From positions 71,733 through 135,732 of the forward strand of contig CAIXPF010000139.1 of NCBI GenBank assembly GCA_903921205.1: a stretch of 64,000 nucleotides of DNA, written 5' to 3'. Below, in pieces: positions 20,262 to 27,083 of the stretch (the first letter of the stretch is position 1; the number at the start of each line of letters is the position of its first letter). A program made the translations under genes and the position numbers. The notes beneath the pieces are model-generated. The model ran no database searches. It saw only the letters and a program-made list of their open reading frames with translations, and was not told the DNA's origin. This DNA is from an uncultured Acidimicrobiia bacterium. Its GTDB lineage: Bacteria > Actinomycetota > Acidimicrobiia > Acidimicrobiales > CAIXPF01.

Positions 20262-20588
20262 ATGGCCAAGCCCACCAAACGAAAGGTCCCCGGTGGTTCG
20301 CCTGCGTCCACCGGGCGGGTGACCCCGAAAGGTGGAGCGGTTCCCCGGGCCTCGGCCGGGCGTACCGCGTCCTCCGGCGCTTCGGGTCGCTATACCGCTC
20401 CCGGCTCGCCGGTCAAGGTCAAGCCGTCCGGCCGGTGGGTGCCTTACACGGTGTTCACCCTGCTCGGCCTCGGCCTGTTGACGATCATCGGCAACTACCT
20501 GCGCGACGACGCCGCAAGCAATTGGGTCATCTTCCTCGGGCTGGGGTTCATCCTGTCGGGGATCATGGTCGCCACGCAGTGGCGCTGA
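20262..20588 (+). CDS. crgA: Cell division protein CrgA
   Basis: 108 aa. It has a basic N-terminus (MAKPTKRKV...GRVTPKG), then two TM helices (RWVPYTVFTLLGLGLLTIIGNYL and NWVIFLGLGFILSGIMVATQWR). This is the typical CrgA layout, and the gene sits next to the pknB cluster. Confidence 0.8.
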   Translation: MAKPTKRKVPGGSPASTGRVTPKGGAVPRASAGRTASSGASGRYTAPGSPVKVKPSGRWVPYTVFTLLGLGLLTIIGNYLRDDAASNWVIFLGLGFILSGIMVATQWR

Positions 20589-20760
20589 TCGCTTCCACGC
20601 CGGAAGTTACGTCGCTGTCATTCTCCCCAGAGTTTTCCCCAGCCTGGGGAAGTCGACGCCGGTCATGGATGACAAGCGCCCGTGTTCCGTCGCCGCTCGC
20701 CCGGTCGACCCGCCCCCAAACTCCCTAGATTTGCTGAGTCAACACGCCGAACTCACATCG

Positions 20761-20794
20761 GCTCATGGCGAATCGACGTCGATTCGCCATGAGC
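20761..20794. repeat. Perfect 34-bp palindrome GCTCATGGCGAATCGACGTCGATTCGCCATGAGC (intergenic copy of a dispersed motif)
   Basis: Read directly from the sequence; it is its own reverse complement. The 20-bp core GCGAATCGACGTCGATTCGC recurs at 39467-39486 and 42606-42625. Confidence 0.95.
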
Positions 20795-20962
20795 CGTTTG
20801 TTGTTGGGGCCAGGTGTTGGCGGTTGTGGATATCTTGGCTTTGTTGTGGACAACGTGGTTCGTTGTCCTACCTGTGGGGGATCATGGACCCGTCTGCCGG
20901 GTCGTGCCCGCTCGGTGTACCACGGGCACCCTTCGTCGCCTCCTCCCAGTGAGGTTTCGTCC

Positions 20963-21502
20963 ATGGTTCGTCGAGTGGATCCCATCCGTCAGGAGACCGC
21001 GGTCTTCGGTGAGCGCCGCGCGCAGGAACTCGAGCGATACGAGAACACCCTCGCAAGCCTTCGTCGGGTCGACGCCCAGCTCGCCGCCTTGTCGGCGCAG
21101 CGTCACCGGATGTACGAGGAACTCCGAGCTCAGCATCGTCGGTTGTGGACCGTGCTCGTCCGTCGAGGGCGCAAGCCACTGCCAGGTGGCGAGGAGGCCC
21201 TGCCGCCGGTTCGGCATGACGCTCGGCAGCTCTGGGGACGTCGATTGCGGTCCATGTGTCTCGCGATCCTCCGGGTGCACCGCACGCCGCTTCGCCTGGT
21301 CGATCTCCACGCCGAGCTGCATCGTCGAGGGTTCGTCGTCGCGAGCGACCAGCCCGTGAAGGCGCTCGCCGACGCTCTCGGGTACGAGCGCCTCGAGGGT
21401 CGCGTTCGCCGCGTGGAACGGGGTGTCTACGAGTTGCTACCTGCGCCTGTCCCCGCACGAGGCAGACACGGCAACCCCATCGATCACGACGCCGCTGCCT
21501 GA
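20963..21502 (+). CDS. Hypothetical protein (coiled-coil N-terminal half, winged-helix-like C-terminus)
   Basis: ATG 20963 sits about 8 nt after a GAGG. The translation runs MVRRVDPIRQETAVFGERRAQELERYENTLASLRRVDAQLAALSAQRHRMYEEL..., and the C-terminus LRLVDLHAELHRRGFVVASDQPVKALADALGYERLEGRVRRVERGVYEL resembles a small winged-helix (HARE-HTH-like) module. Codon usage is CGT/CGA-rich and atypical for the window. No family was recognised with certainty. Confidence 0.5.
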   Translation: MVRRVDPIRQETAVFGERRAQELERYENTLASLRRVDAQLAALSAQRHRMYEELRAQHRRLWTVLVRRGRKPLPGGEEALPPVRHDARQLWGRRLRSMCLAILRVHRTPLRLVDLHAELHRRGFVVASDQPVKALADALGYERLEGRVRRVERGVYELLPAPVPARGRHGNPIDHDAAA

Positions 21503-21510
21503 GGCCGGCG

Positions 21511-21834
21511 TCACTCCATCGTGGGGGCGACGTACTCCATCGCCTCCATGCAATGGCGTGGTGGGTCGGGCGTCTCGTCGTTGGCCACCGTCATTCGGAC
21601 CTCGGTCCCACAGAGCGCGCAGCGGTACTGGATCTTGACCTTGCGCAGTTCGCCGGGTGGGGGCGGTCCCGGGACAGGCCGGGCGAAGGTGCCGATCATG
21701 GCGAAGCCCATGCGGAACAAGACATACGACGCCAGCGCCGCAACCACGGTGGGAACGATGGGAAAGCTGCCCAGGAACAAGGCAAGCGCAACCCCGCCCG
21801 CCAGGAGTACCGCCAGGACCCGGTTGCGGTTCAT
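21511..21834 (-). CDS. Hypothetical small membrane protein with C-terminal Cys/His cluster
   Basis: MNRNRVLAVLLAGGVALALFLGSFPIVPTVVAALASYVLFRMGFAMIGTF gives two predicted TM helices. It is followed by ...KIQYRCALCGTEVRMTV...PPRHCMEAME. The start was chosen at the internal Met before the TM region. No family was recognised. Confidence 0.45.
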   Translation of the reverse strand: MNRNRVLAVLLAGGVALALFLGSFPIVPTVVAALASYVLFRMGFAMIGTFARPVPGPPPPGELRKVKIQYRCALCGTEVRMTVANDETPDPPRHCMEAMEYVAPTME

Positions 21835-21922
21835 GCTGCCTCGCAGTGCGTCGATCCGGCCACCCATCTTAGGCCGGTGGCTTTCGTTCGGGTCCCGACC
21901 GTTGGGACAGACTGATCGACGC

Positions 21923-22852
21923 ATGCACCAGCCCGCCCGTATCCACCTCGACCTCCCGACGGTCCGCCTTGCTGCCCTCGACTACGGCGAGCCTTCACCC
22001 GGCGCGCCGACGGTGCTGATGCTGCACGGCCAGGCGGATCAGGCCTGGTCGATGGACCCGATTGCTCGTGCTCTTGCGTCGGCCTACCGCGTGGTCTCGA
22101 TCGACCAACGCGGTCACGGCGACTCCGACCATCCCGGCACCTACAGCCTGATCCATTTCATCGGAGATGTCCTGGCGGTCATCGAGTTGCTCGGTCTCGA
22201 GCGACCGATCCTGGTCGGTCACAGCTTGGGCGGCCAGGTCGCCGCCCAGTTCTGCGGCCTGTTCCCCGACGTGCCTGCGGCGCTCGTCGTTGCCGAGGGC
22301 ATCGGTCCGCCGGTCCGTATGGGCGCGGGCGACGCCGCCGAGCGGCTCACCCGCGCCCGTGGCTCGGTGAAGCTCGCCCTGCAGCCGATCCGCATGAAGT
22401 CGATGGCGGACCACGGCGAAGCCGCCGCCAAGCTGCGTCGTGCGCATCCCGGCCTCGATGCAGCCCGGGCCGCGTTCCTGGCCGAGGTCGCCACCAAGCC
22501 GGCTCCCGAGGGTGGCTTGGCGTGGAAGTTCGATCCGTACACCCGTCACTGGCTGCTGGCCCACGATCCCGAGCGCGCCGAGGAGCGCTGGGCGGCGGTG
22601 CGTTGCCCCGTGCTGGTGGTCACCGGCGCCGAAGCCTGGGAACGGTGGTGGAAGGAGCAGAGCCCGGTGGCGCACATCGAGGGCTGGTCGGGTTACGACC
22701 CCGGTGAGGTGACCCGCCGGGTCGCTCGCTTCACCGACGTCGAGCACGAGGAGATCCCCGATGCCGGGCACATGCTGCCCTACGACGCCCCTGAGCGCCT
22801 CGCCGAGCTCATCACGTCGTTCCTGCGTCGTCGTCTGTCGTCCACGAGCTGA
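21923..22852 (+). CDS. Alpha/beta-fold hydrolase
   Basis: MHQPARIHLDLPTVRLAALDYGEPSPGAPTVLMLHGQADQAWSMD... The nucleophile elbow is VGHSLGG and there is a C-terminal GHMLPYDAP motif. Confidence 0.85.
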   Translation: MHQPARIHLDLPTVRLAALDYGEPSPGAPTVLMLHGQADQAWSMDPIARALASAYRVVSIDQRGHGDSDHPGTYSLIHFIGDVLAVIELLGLERPILVGHSLGGQVAAQFCGLFPDVPAALVVAEGIGPPVRMGAGDAAERLTRARGSVKLALQPIRMKSMADHGEAAAKLRRAHPGLDAARAAFLAEVATKPAPEGGLAWKFDPYTRHWLLAHDPERAEERWAAVRCPVLVVTGAEAWERWWKEQSPVAHIEGWSGYDPGEVTRRVARFTDVEHEEIPDAGHMLPYDAPERLAELITSFLRRRLSSTS

Positions 22853-22955
22853 AGCGACCTAGGACCTTCGACTCACGGACGCACCTCACCGAACCCCCCG
22901 AGACAGCTGTCCTCGCAGGTCAGACCACGAAACCTTCGACACTCGTGAACTGCCG

Positions 22956-22985
22956 TTGACAGCGCGTCGGTAGGGCTTATACGGT
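22956..22985 (+). promoter_or_regulatory. Candidate sigma-A-type promoter for the livGFHM operon
   Basis: TTGACA (22956-22961) is followed 16-18 nt later by TATACGGT, which contains TACGGT matching the actinobacterial TANNNT -10. It lies about 100 nt upstream of the livG GTG in a lower-GC intergenic region. Confidence 0.35.
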
Positions 22986-23085
22986 GGCGGACTTCCGCAG
23001 ACCTGTGGCATTGGTCACAAGCTCGACGAACAGGCATACTTGCGGCGGTTGCTGGACAACTCAAACGAAGGGGGAACCAGACCAC

Positions 23086-23850
23086 GTGGCTCTACTCGAA
23101 GTGCGTGACATCACGGTCCGCTTCGGTGGCATCGTGGCCCTGGATGGGCTCACATTCGACATCGAAGAGGGCCAGATCTGTGGCCTGATCGGTCCGAATG
23201 GTGCCGGCAAGACGACGATGTTCAACGTCGTCAGCCGGATCTACGACGCCACCGAAGGCTCGATCACCTATGACGGCAAGGATCTGCTGGGCCTGCCCGC
23301 CCATCAGATGAGCAAGAACGGCATCTACCGCACCTTCCAGAACCTGGCCCTGTGGCCGGGCATGACGGTTCTCGACAACGTCATGGTCGGTGACTACTCC
23401 AACACCAAGCAGACCTTCTTCACCGCGGCCCTCCGTCTCGGAACCCGCAAGGAGGAGAAGGACCTCAAGGAGCGTGCGTACGCCGCTCTCGAGGAGCTCG
23501 ATCTGCAGCAGCACGCCTTCCATGCGGCCACCGGGTTGCCCTTCGGCACCCTGAAGCGCATCGAGATCGCTCGGGCGCTCATCGGCAAGCCCCGCCTGCT
23601 GATGCTCGACGAGCCTGCGTCCGGCCTCACCCACTCCGAGGTGGACGAGCTCGCCGACACGATCCGCATGCTGCGCGATCGACACGGCCTCACCGTGCTG
23701 CTCGTCGAGCACCACATGAAGATGGTCATGGGCATCTCCGAGCACATCGTGGTGCTGAACTTCGGTCAGAAGATCGCCGACGGTGACGCCACCGAAGTTC
23801 GGAACAACCCTGCGGTCATCGAGGCGTATCTGGGGGGATCGGCGTCATGA
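23086..23850 (+). CDS. livG: Branched-chain-amino-acid-type ABC transporter ATP-binding protein (LivG-like)
   Basis: VALLEVRDITVRFGGIVALDGLTFDIEEGQICGLIGPNGAGKTTMFN contains Walker A. LPFGTLKRIEIARAL, LLMLDEPASGL and the LivG-type C-terminus EVRNNPAVIEAYLG are also present. Confidence 0.9.
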   Translation: MALLEVRDITVRFGGIVALDGLTFDIEEGQICGLIGPNGAGKTTMFNVVSRIYDATEGSITYDGKDLLGLPAHQMSKNGIYRTFQNLALWPGMTVLDNVMVGDYSNTKQTFFTAALRLGTRKEEKDLKERAYAALEELDLQQHAFHAATGLPFGTLKRIEIARALIGKPRLLMLDEPASGLTHSEVDELADTIRMLRDRHGLTVLLVEHHMKMVMGISEHIVVLNFGQKIADGDATEVRNNPAVIEAYLGGSAS

Positions 23851-24560
23851 GCGAGCTGATGTTGAAGTTGTCGGGCGTCAACGCCCGCTACGGCGCCATC
23901 CAGGTGCTGCGAGACGTGAACCTCGAGGTCAACAAGGGCGAGGTCGTGGTGGTGCTCGGTGCCAACGGTGCCGGCAAGACGACCACGCTGCGGGCCATCT
24001 GCTCGATGGTCACCACGACCGGTTCGATCCAGATCGCCGGTACCGAGGTGGTCGGCAAGGACACCGCCGACATCGTCCGGATGCAGGTGGCCCACGTGCC
24101 CCAGGGCCGTGGCACCTTCCCCGAGTTGTCGGTGATCGACAACCTGATGGTCGGGGCCTACACCCGCAAGGACAAAGAGGTCCAGGCTGACATCGACCGG
24201 TGGATGGATGCGTTCCCCCGGCTCCGTGAGCGCCGGACACAGGCCGCAGGCTCGCTCTCCGGTGGCGAGCAGCAGATGTTGGCCGTGGCCCGGGCCATGA
24301 TGTGTCGGCCGCAGCTGCTCCTCCTCGATGAGCCGTCGCTCGGTCTGGCGCCGCTCATCATCGAAGACCTGTTCCGACGGTTCGGTGAGATCAACCGGGA
24401 GACGGGGACCACCATGCTGGTGGTCGAACAGAACGCCAACCTGGCGTTGGAGATTGCAAACCGCGGCTACGTGCTGGAAGCGGGGGAGATCGTGCTGCAG
24501 GGCAGCGCGGACGACCTGCGGACGAACGAAGCCGTCCGTGAGGCCTACCTGGGGGCATGA
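23847..24560 (+). CDS. livF: Branched-chain-amino-acid-type ABC transporter ATP-binding protein (LivF-like)
   Basis: The ATG overlaps the livG stop. GANGAGKTTTL, LSGGEQQMLAVARAM, LLLDEPSLGLAP and the C-terminal EAVREAYLG are present. Confidence 0.9.
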   Translation: MSELMLKLSGVNARYGAIQVLRDVNLEVNKGEVVVVLGANGAGKTTTLRAICSMVTTTGSIQIAGTEVVGKDTADIVRMQVAHVPQGRGTFPELSVIDNLMVGAYTRKDKEVQADIDRWMDAFPRLRERRTQAAGSLSGGEQQMLAVARAMMCRPQLLLLDEPSLGLAPLIIEDLFRRFGEINRETGTTMLVVEQNANLALEIANRGYVLEAGEIVLQGSADDLRTNEAVREAYLGA

Positions 24561-24567
24561 GGGCACG

Positions 24568-25605
24568 ATGACAGCAGTGACGACAAAAAGTCGGGGCTCG
24601 TTCCTGACGTGGCTCAAGACCGGCTCGGGCATCCTCACCGCCATGATGGCGGTGATCGTGATCGCCCTCATCCCGGCCATCATCCAGGGTGGGCTGAAGC
24701 TCTTCCTCCAGCGGGTGTTCGACTCGCTCAACAACGGTGCGGTGTACGCCGTGACCGCCATCGCCTTGGTGATCATCTTCAAGGCGACGACGCTCATCAA
24801 CTTCGCCGGCGCCAACATCGCCATGTTCGGGGCGTACGTCTGCTGGTGGCTCAACACCAGCTACGGCTTCCCGATCTGGATCGCCGTGTTCGTCGCCATG
24901 GGCACCATGGCCGTTCTCGGCTCGCTCATCGAGCGGACGTTGATCCGTCCCTTCGACGTGAACGACCACCTTCCGGTGGTACTCATCACCTTCGGTATCG
25001 CCGCCATCCTGGAAGCGTTCGCCGGCGGGTTCTGGGGTCTGGAGTTCCACAAGTTCCCCAGCCCCTTCCCCTCCGACCCGAAGGATCGTTTCACCATCGC
25101 CGGTGCCTTCCTCCGCTACGAGACGATCGGCACGCTGTTCGTCATGGGGCTGATGATCTTCGGCATCTACCTCCTGCTGAACAAGACCAAGGTCGGTCTG
25201 GCCTTCCGTGCGGTGTCCTCCAACGTGGAGTCGGCCCGTCTGGTCGGCGTCCGCACCGGTCGGACCCTGCAGTTCGGTTGGGCCCTCGCCTCGGCGCTCG
25301 GTGTGCTCGGCGCCTGCCTGGTGGCCAAGCAGACCAACCTCGAGCCGGCCTTCATGGCCAAGCTCGTGATCTTCGCCTTCGCTGCAGCCACCCTCGGCGG
25401 TCTCGACAGCATCGGCGGCTCGGTCATCGGCGCCTTCATCGTTGCCGTGGTGCAGTCGATGCTCACCGGCTACGGCCAGGAGATCCCCGGTCTCGGCTGG
25501 CTCAAGTCGAACTTCGCCCTGGTTCTGGCCTTCGTGCTGATCCTTGTGGTGCTGCTGTTCAAGCCGGCTGGTCTGTACGGAACGAGGAGGATCGAACGAG
25601 TATGA
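24568..25605 (+). CDS. livH: ABC transporter permease (LivH-like)
   Basis: A multi-TM protein with FLQRVFDSLNNGAVYAVTAIALVIIFKATTLINFA, the LivH N-terminal signature. It carries an extra N-terminal TM segment of about 40 aa. Confidence 0.9.
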   Translation: MTAVTTKSRGSFLTWLKTGSGILTAMMAVIVIALIPAIIQGGLKLFLQRVFDSLNNGAVYAVTAIALVIIFKATTLINFAGANIAMFGAYVCWWLNTSYGFPIWIAVFVAMGTMAVLGSLIERTLIRPFDVNDHLPVVLITFGIAAILEAFAGGFWGLEFHKFPSPFPSDPKDRFTIAGAFLRYETIGTLFVMGLMIFGIYLLLNKTKVGLAFRAVSSNVESARLVGVRTGRTLQFGWALASALGVLGACLVAKQTNLEPAFMAKLVIFAFAAATLGGLDSIGGSVIGAFIVAVVQSMLTGYGQEIPGLGWLKSNFALVLAFVLILVVLLFKPAGLYGTRRIERV

Positions 25606-26774
25606 GTGGTGGAAGTTCTTCCGGCGGTGACGCCGCAATCAAGCCCATGTTCGTCCTCCAGGAAGGGACGAGCCAGCACCGCATGTACCAGGCCTTCGGG
25701 TGGCTGTGTCTTGCCATCCCGATGATCCTCGCCCCGTACATGCTGCCGAGCTTCCGGGTGGCGCAGCTGGCACAGTGCGCCGGCTGGGGTGTGGCCATCC
25801 TGGGCATGAACATCGCCATCGGGTGGAGCGGCCTGCTCTCGCTGGGTCACATCGCCTTCTGTGGCATGGGTGCGTACACCACGACCATCCTGATCAACGA
25901 GAACAGCTGGGACTTCTGGATGACGCTGCCCGTGGCGTTCATCGTCTGCTTCATCGCCGGTGCGCTCGTCGGTCTCCCGGCCCTGAAGATCAAGGGTCTC
26001 TACCTGGCGTTGGTCACCTTCGCCCTCGCCTACACCTTCCCGATCCTGCTGAAGATCGAAGGCGGCGGCATCGCCCGTCGGACCGGTGGTGACAACGGCC
26101 GGAACCTCGAGGAGAAGCTGGTACCGACCGAGACGATCCGCAAGATCCTCTTCATCAACGGGGAGGGCACTGACGAGTCCACCCGGATCGCCGTGTACAA
26201 GTACGTGGTGGCGGTGCTGGTCCTGCTGGTCTGCTTCCTCATCGTGCGCAACATCCTGAAGTCCCGTGGGGGTCGAGCGATGATCGCCCTTCGTGACAAC
26301 CAGATCGGTGCCGCTGTCAGCGGCGTGCCGCTGAACAAGACCAAGGTGTTGGCCTTCGCCCTCAGCGCAGCCATCGCCGGCATCGGCGGCTCGCTGATCG
26401 CCATGGTGCTCGACTCGGTCGGCCCGACCGTGTTCGACGCCAACTACGCGATCATCACGCTGATGGGTCTGGTGCTCGCCGGTGTGGGCACGCTGCACGG
26501 CGCCTGGTTGGGTGGGGTGTTCGTGGTCTTCCTGCAGGACCTCGCTCCCCGTGCGGTCGGGTTGATCCCCGTCTTCAACGTGGACGTGGTCTACGCCCGG
26601 GCCATCTACGGCCTGATGCTGGTGCTGGTCGCCTTCTTCATGCCCGGTGGTGTGGTGTCCTTCGGTCGGAAGTGGCGGGCCCGCATCATCCAGGTCCAGC
26701 CGAAAGCGCCGGACACCTCGCACCTGGCACGCGCCGGGACGGGTCAGGCGGCGGCAGCCACCGCGGCCGTCTGA
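25602..26774 (+). CDS. livM: ABC transporter permease (LivM-like)
   Basis: The ATG overlaps the livH stop. LivM blocks GWSGLLSLGHIAFCGMGAYT and RGGRAMIALRDNQIGAAVSGV are present. Confidence 0.9.
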   Translation: MSGGSSSGGDAAIKPMFVLQEGTSQHRMYQAFGWLCLAIPMILAPYMLPSFRVAQLAQCAGWGVAILGMNIAIGWSGLLSLGHIAFCGMGAYTTTILINENSWDFWMTLPVAFIVCFIAGALVGLPALKIKGLYLALVTFALAYTFPILLKIEGGGIARRTGGDNGRNLEEKLVPTETIRKILFINGEGTDESTRIAVYKYVVAVLVLLVCFLIVRNILKSRGGRAMIALRDNQIGAAVSGVPLNKTKVLAFALSAAIAGIGGSLIAMVLDSVGPTVFDANYAIITLMGLVLAGVGTLHGAWLGGVFVVFLQDLAPRAVGLIPVFNVDVVYARAIYGLMLVLVAFFMPGGVVSFGRKWRARIIQVQPKAPDTSHLARAGTGQAAAATAAV

Positions 26775-26825
26775 TCCCCACCGGATCCGGTCTTTCCTGA
26801 CCGACCGGAAGCGATCCGAGTACGG

Positions 26826-26864
26826 AACGGCACACGGGTTCGCCCGTGTGCCGTTGCGCGTTTT
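26826..26864 (+). terminator. Intrinsic terminator after livM
   Basis: A perfect 13-bp stem AACGGCACACGGG-ttcg-CCCGTGTGCCGTT is followed by gcgcgTTTTg. Confidence 0.65.
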
Positions 26865-26999
26865 GCCCCGTCGAATCGAGATGGGCGGATACCGCGAGTA
26901 CCGGGCAGTCGGCCGGAACCACCTGGCCGGACCAGCAGGGTCCGGCGAGAAAAAAAGTTCGGGCGTGATCGGACTTTCCCGCACGGGTACCCTATGGTC

Positions 27000-27031
27000 G
27001 ACGTCACATGAAGTGACATAGGTCATGTAAT
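27000..27031 (+). promoter_or_regulatory. Candidate promoter/operator upstream of binding-protein gene 1
   Basis: GACGTCACA (-35-like GTCACA at 27003-27008), a 17-nt spacer and TGTAAT (27026-31). It is overlapped by the inverted repeat GTCAC-atgaa-GTGAC. Confidence 0.3.
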
Positions 27032-27083
27032 GGCTGTGGGGGAAGGTACTCACAGGCAACGCAACCAGAAGGGGAAGCAAATC

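Noticed and set aside
20765-20962. Upstream extension of the hypothetical gene starting inside the palindrome (MANRRRFAMSRLLLGPGVGG...CPTCGG...).
   Set aside because: The putative start codon is part of the palindromic repeat itself, and the stretch has very atypical G/T-rich codons. ATG 20963 has a GAGG RBS. It could still be real (it contains a CxxC), but there is no support.
26941-26965. Hairpin CCGGACC-agcag-GGTCCGG plus an A7 run as a minus-strand intrinsic terminator.
   Set aside because: Read on the minus strand, the T-run precedes the hairpin rather than following it, and there is no minus-strand gene to terminate here.
27000-27020. CRP/GlxR-type site (TGTGA-N6-TCACA) at GTCACATGAAGTGAC, and at TGTGACGTTCGACACG (30575-30590).
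   Set aside because: The half-sites are in the wrong relative orientation or spacing (GTCAC-N5-GTGAC), or the second half-site mismatches (ACACG). These are reported only as unclassified inverted repeats.
27030-27083. ATG 27030 as the start of binding protein 1.
   Set aside because: It would give a 41-residue pre-lipobox region. GTG 27084 gives a canonical 23-residue lipoprotein signal and is preceded by GAAGGGGA at the proper distance. ATG 27030 also overlaps the candidate -10 box.
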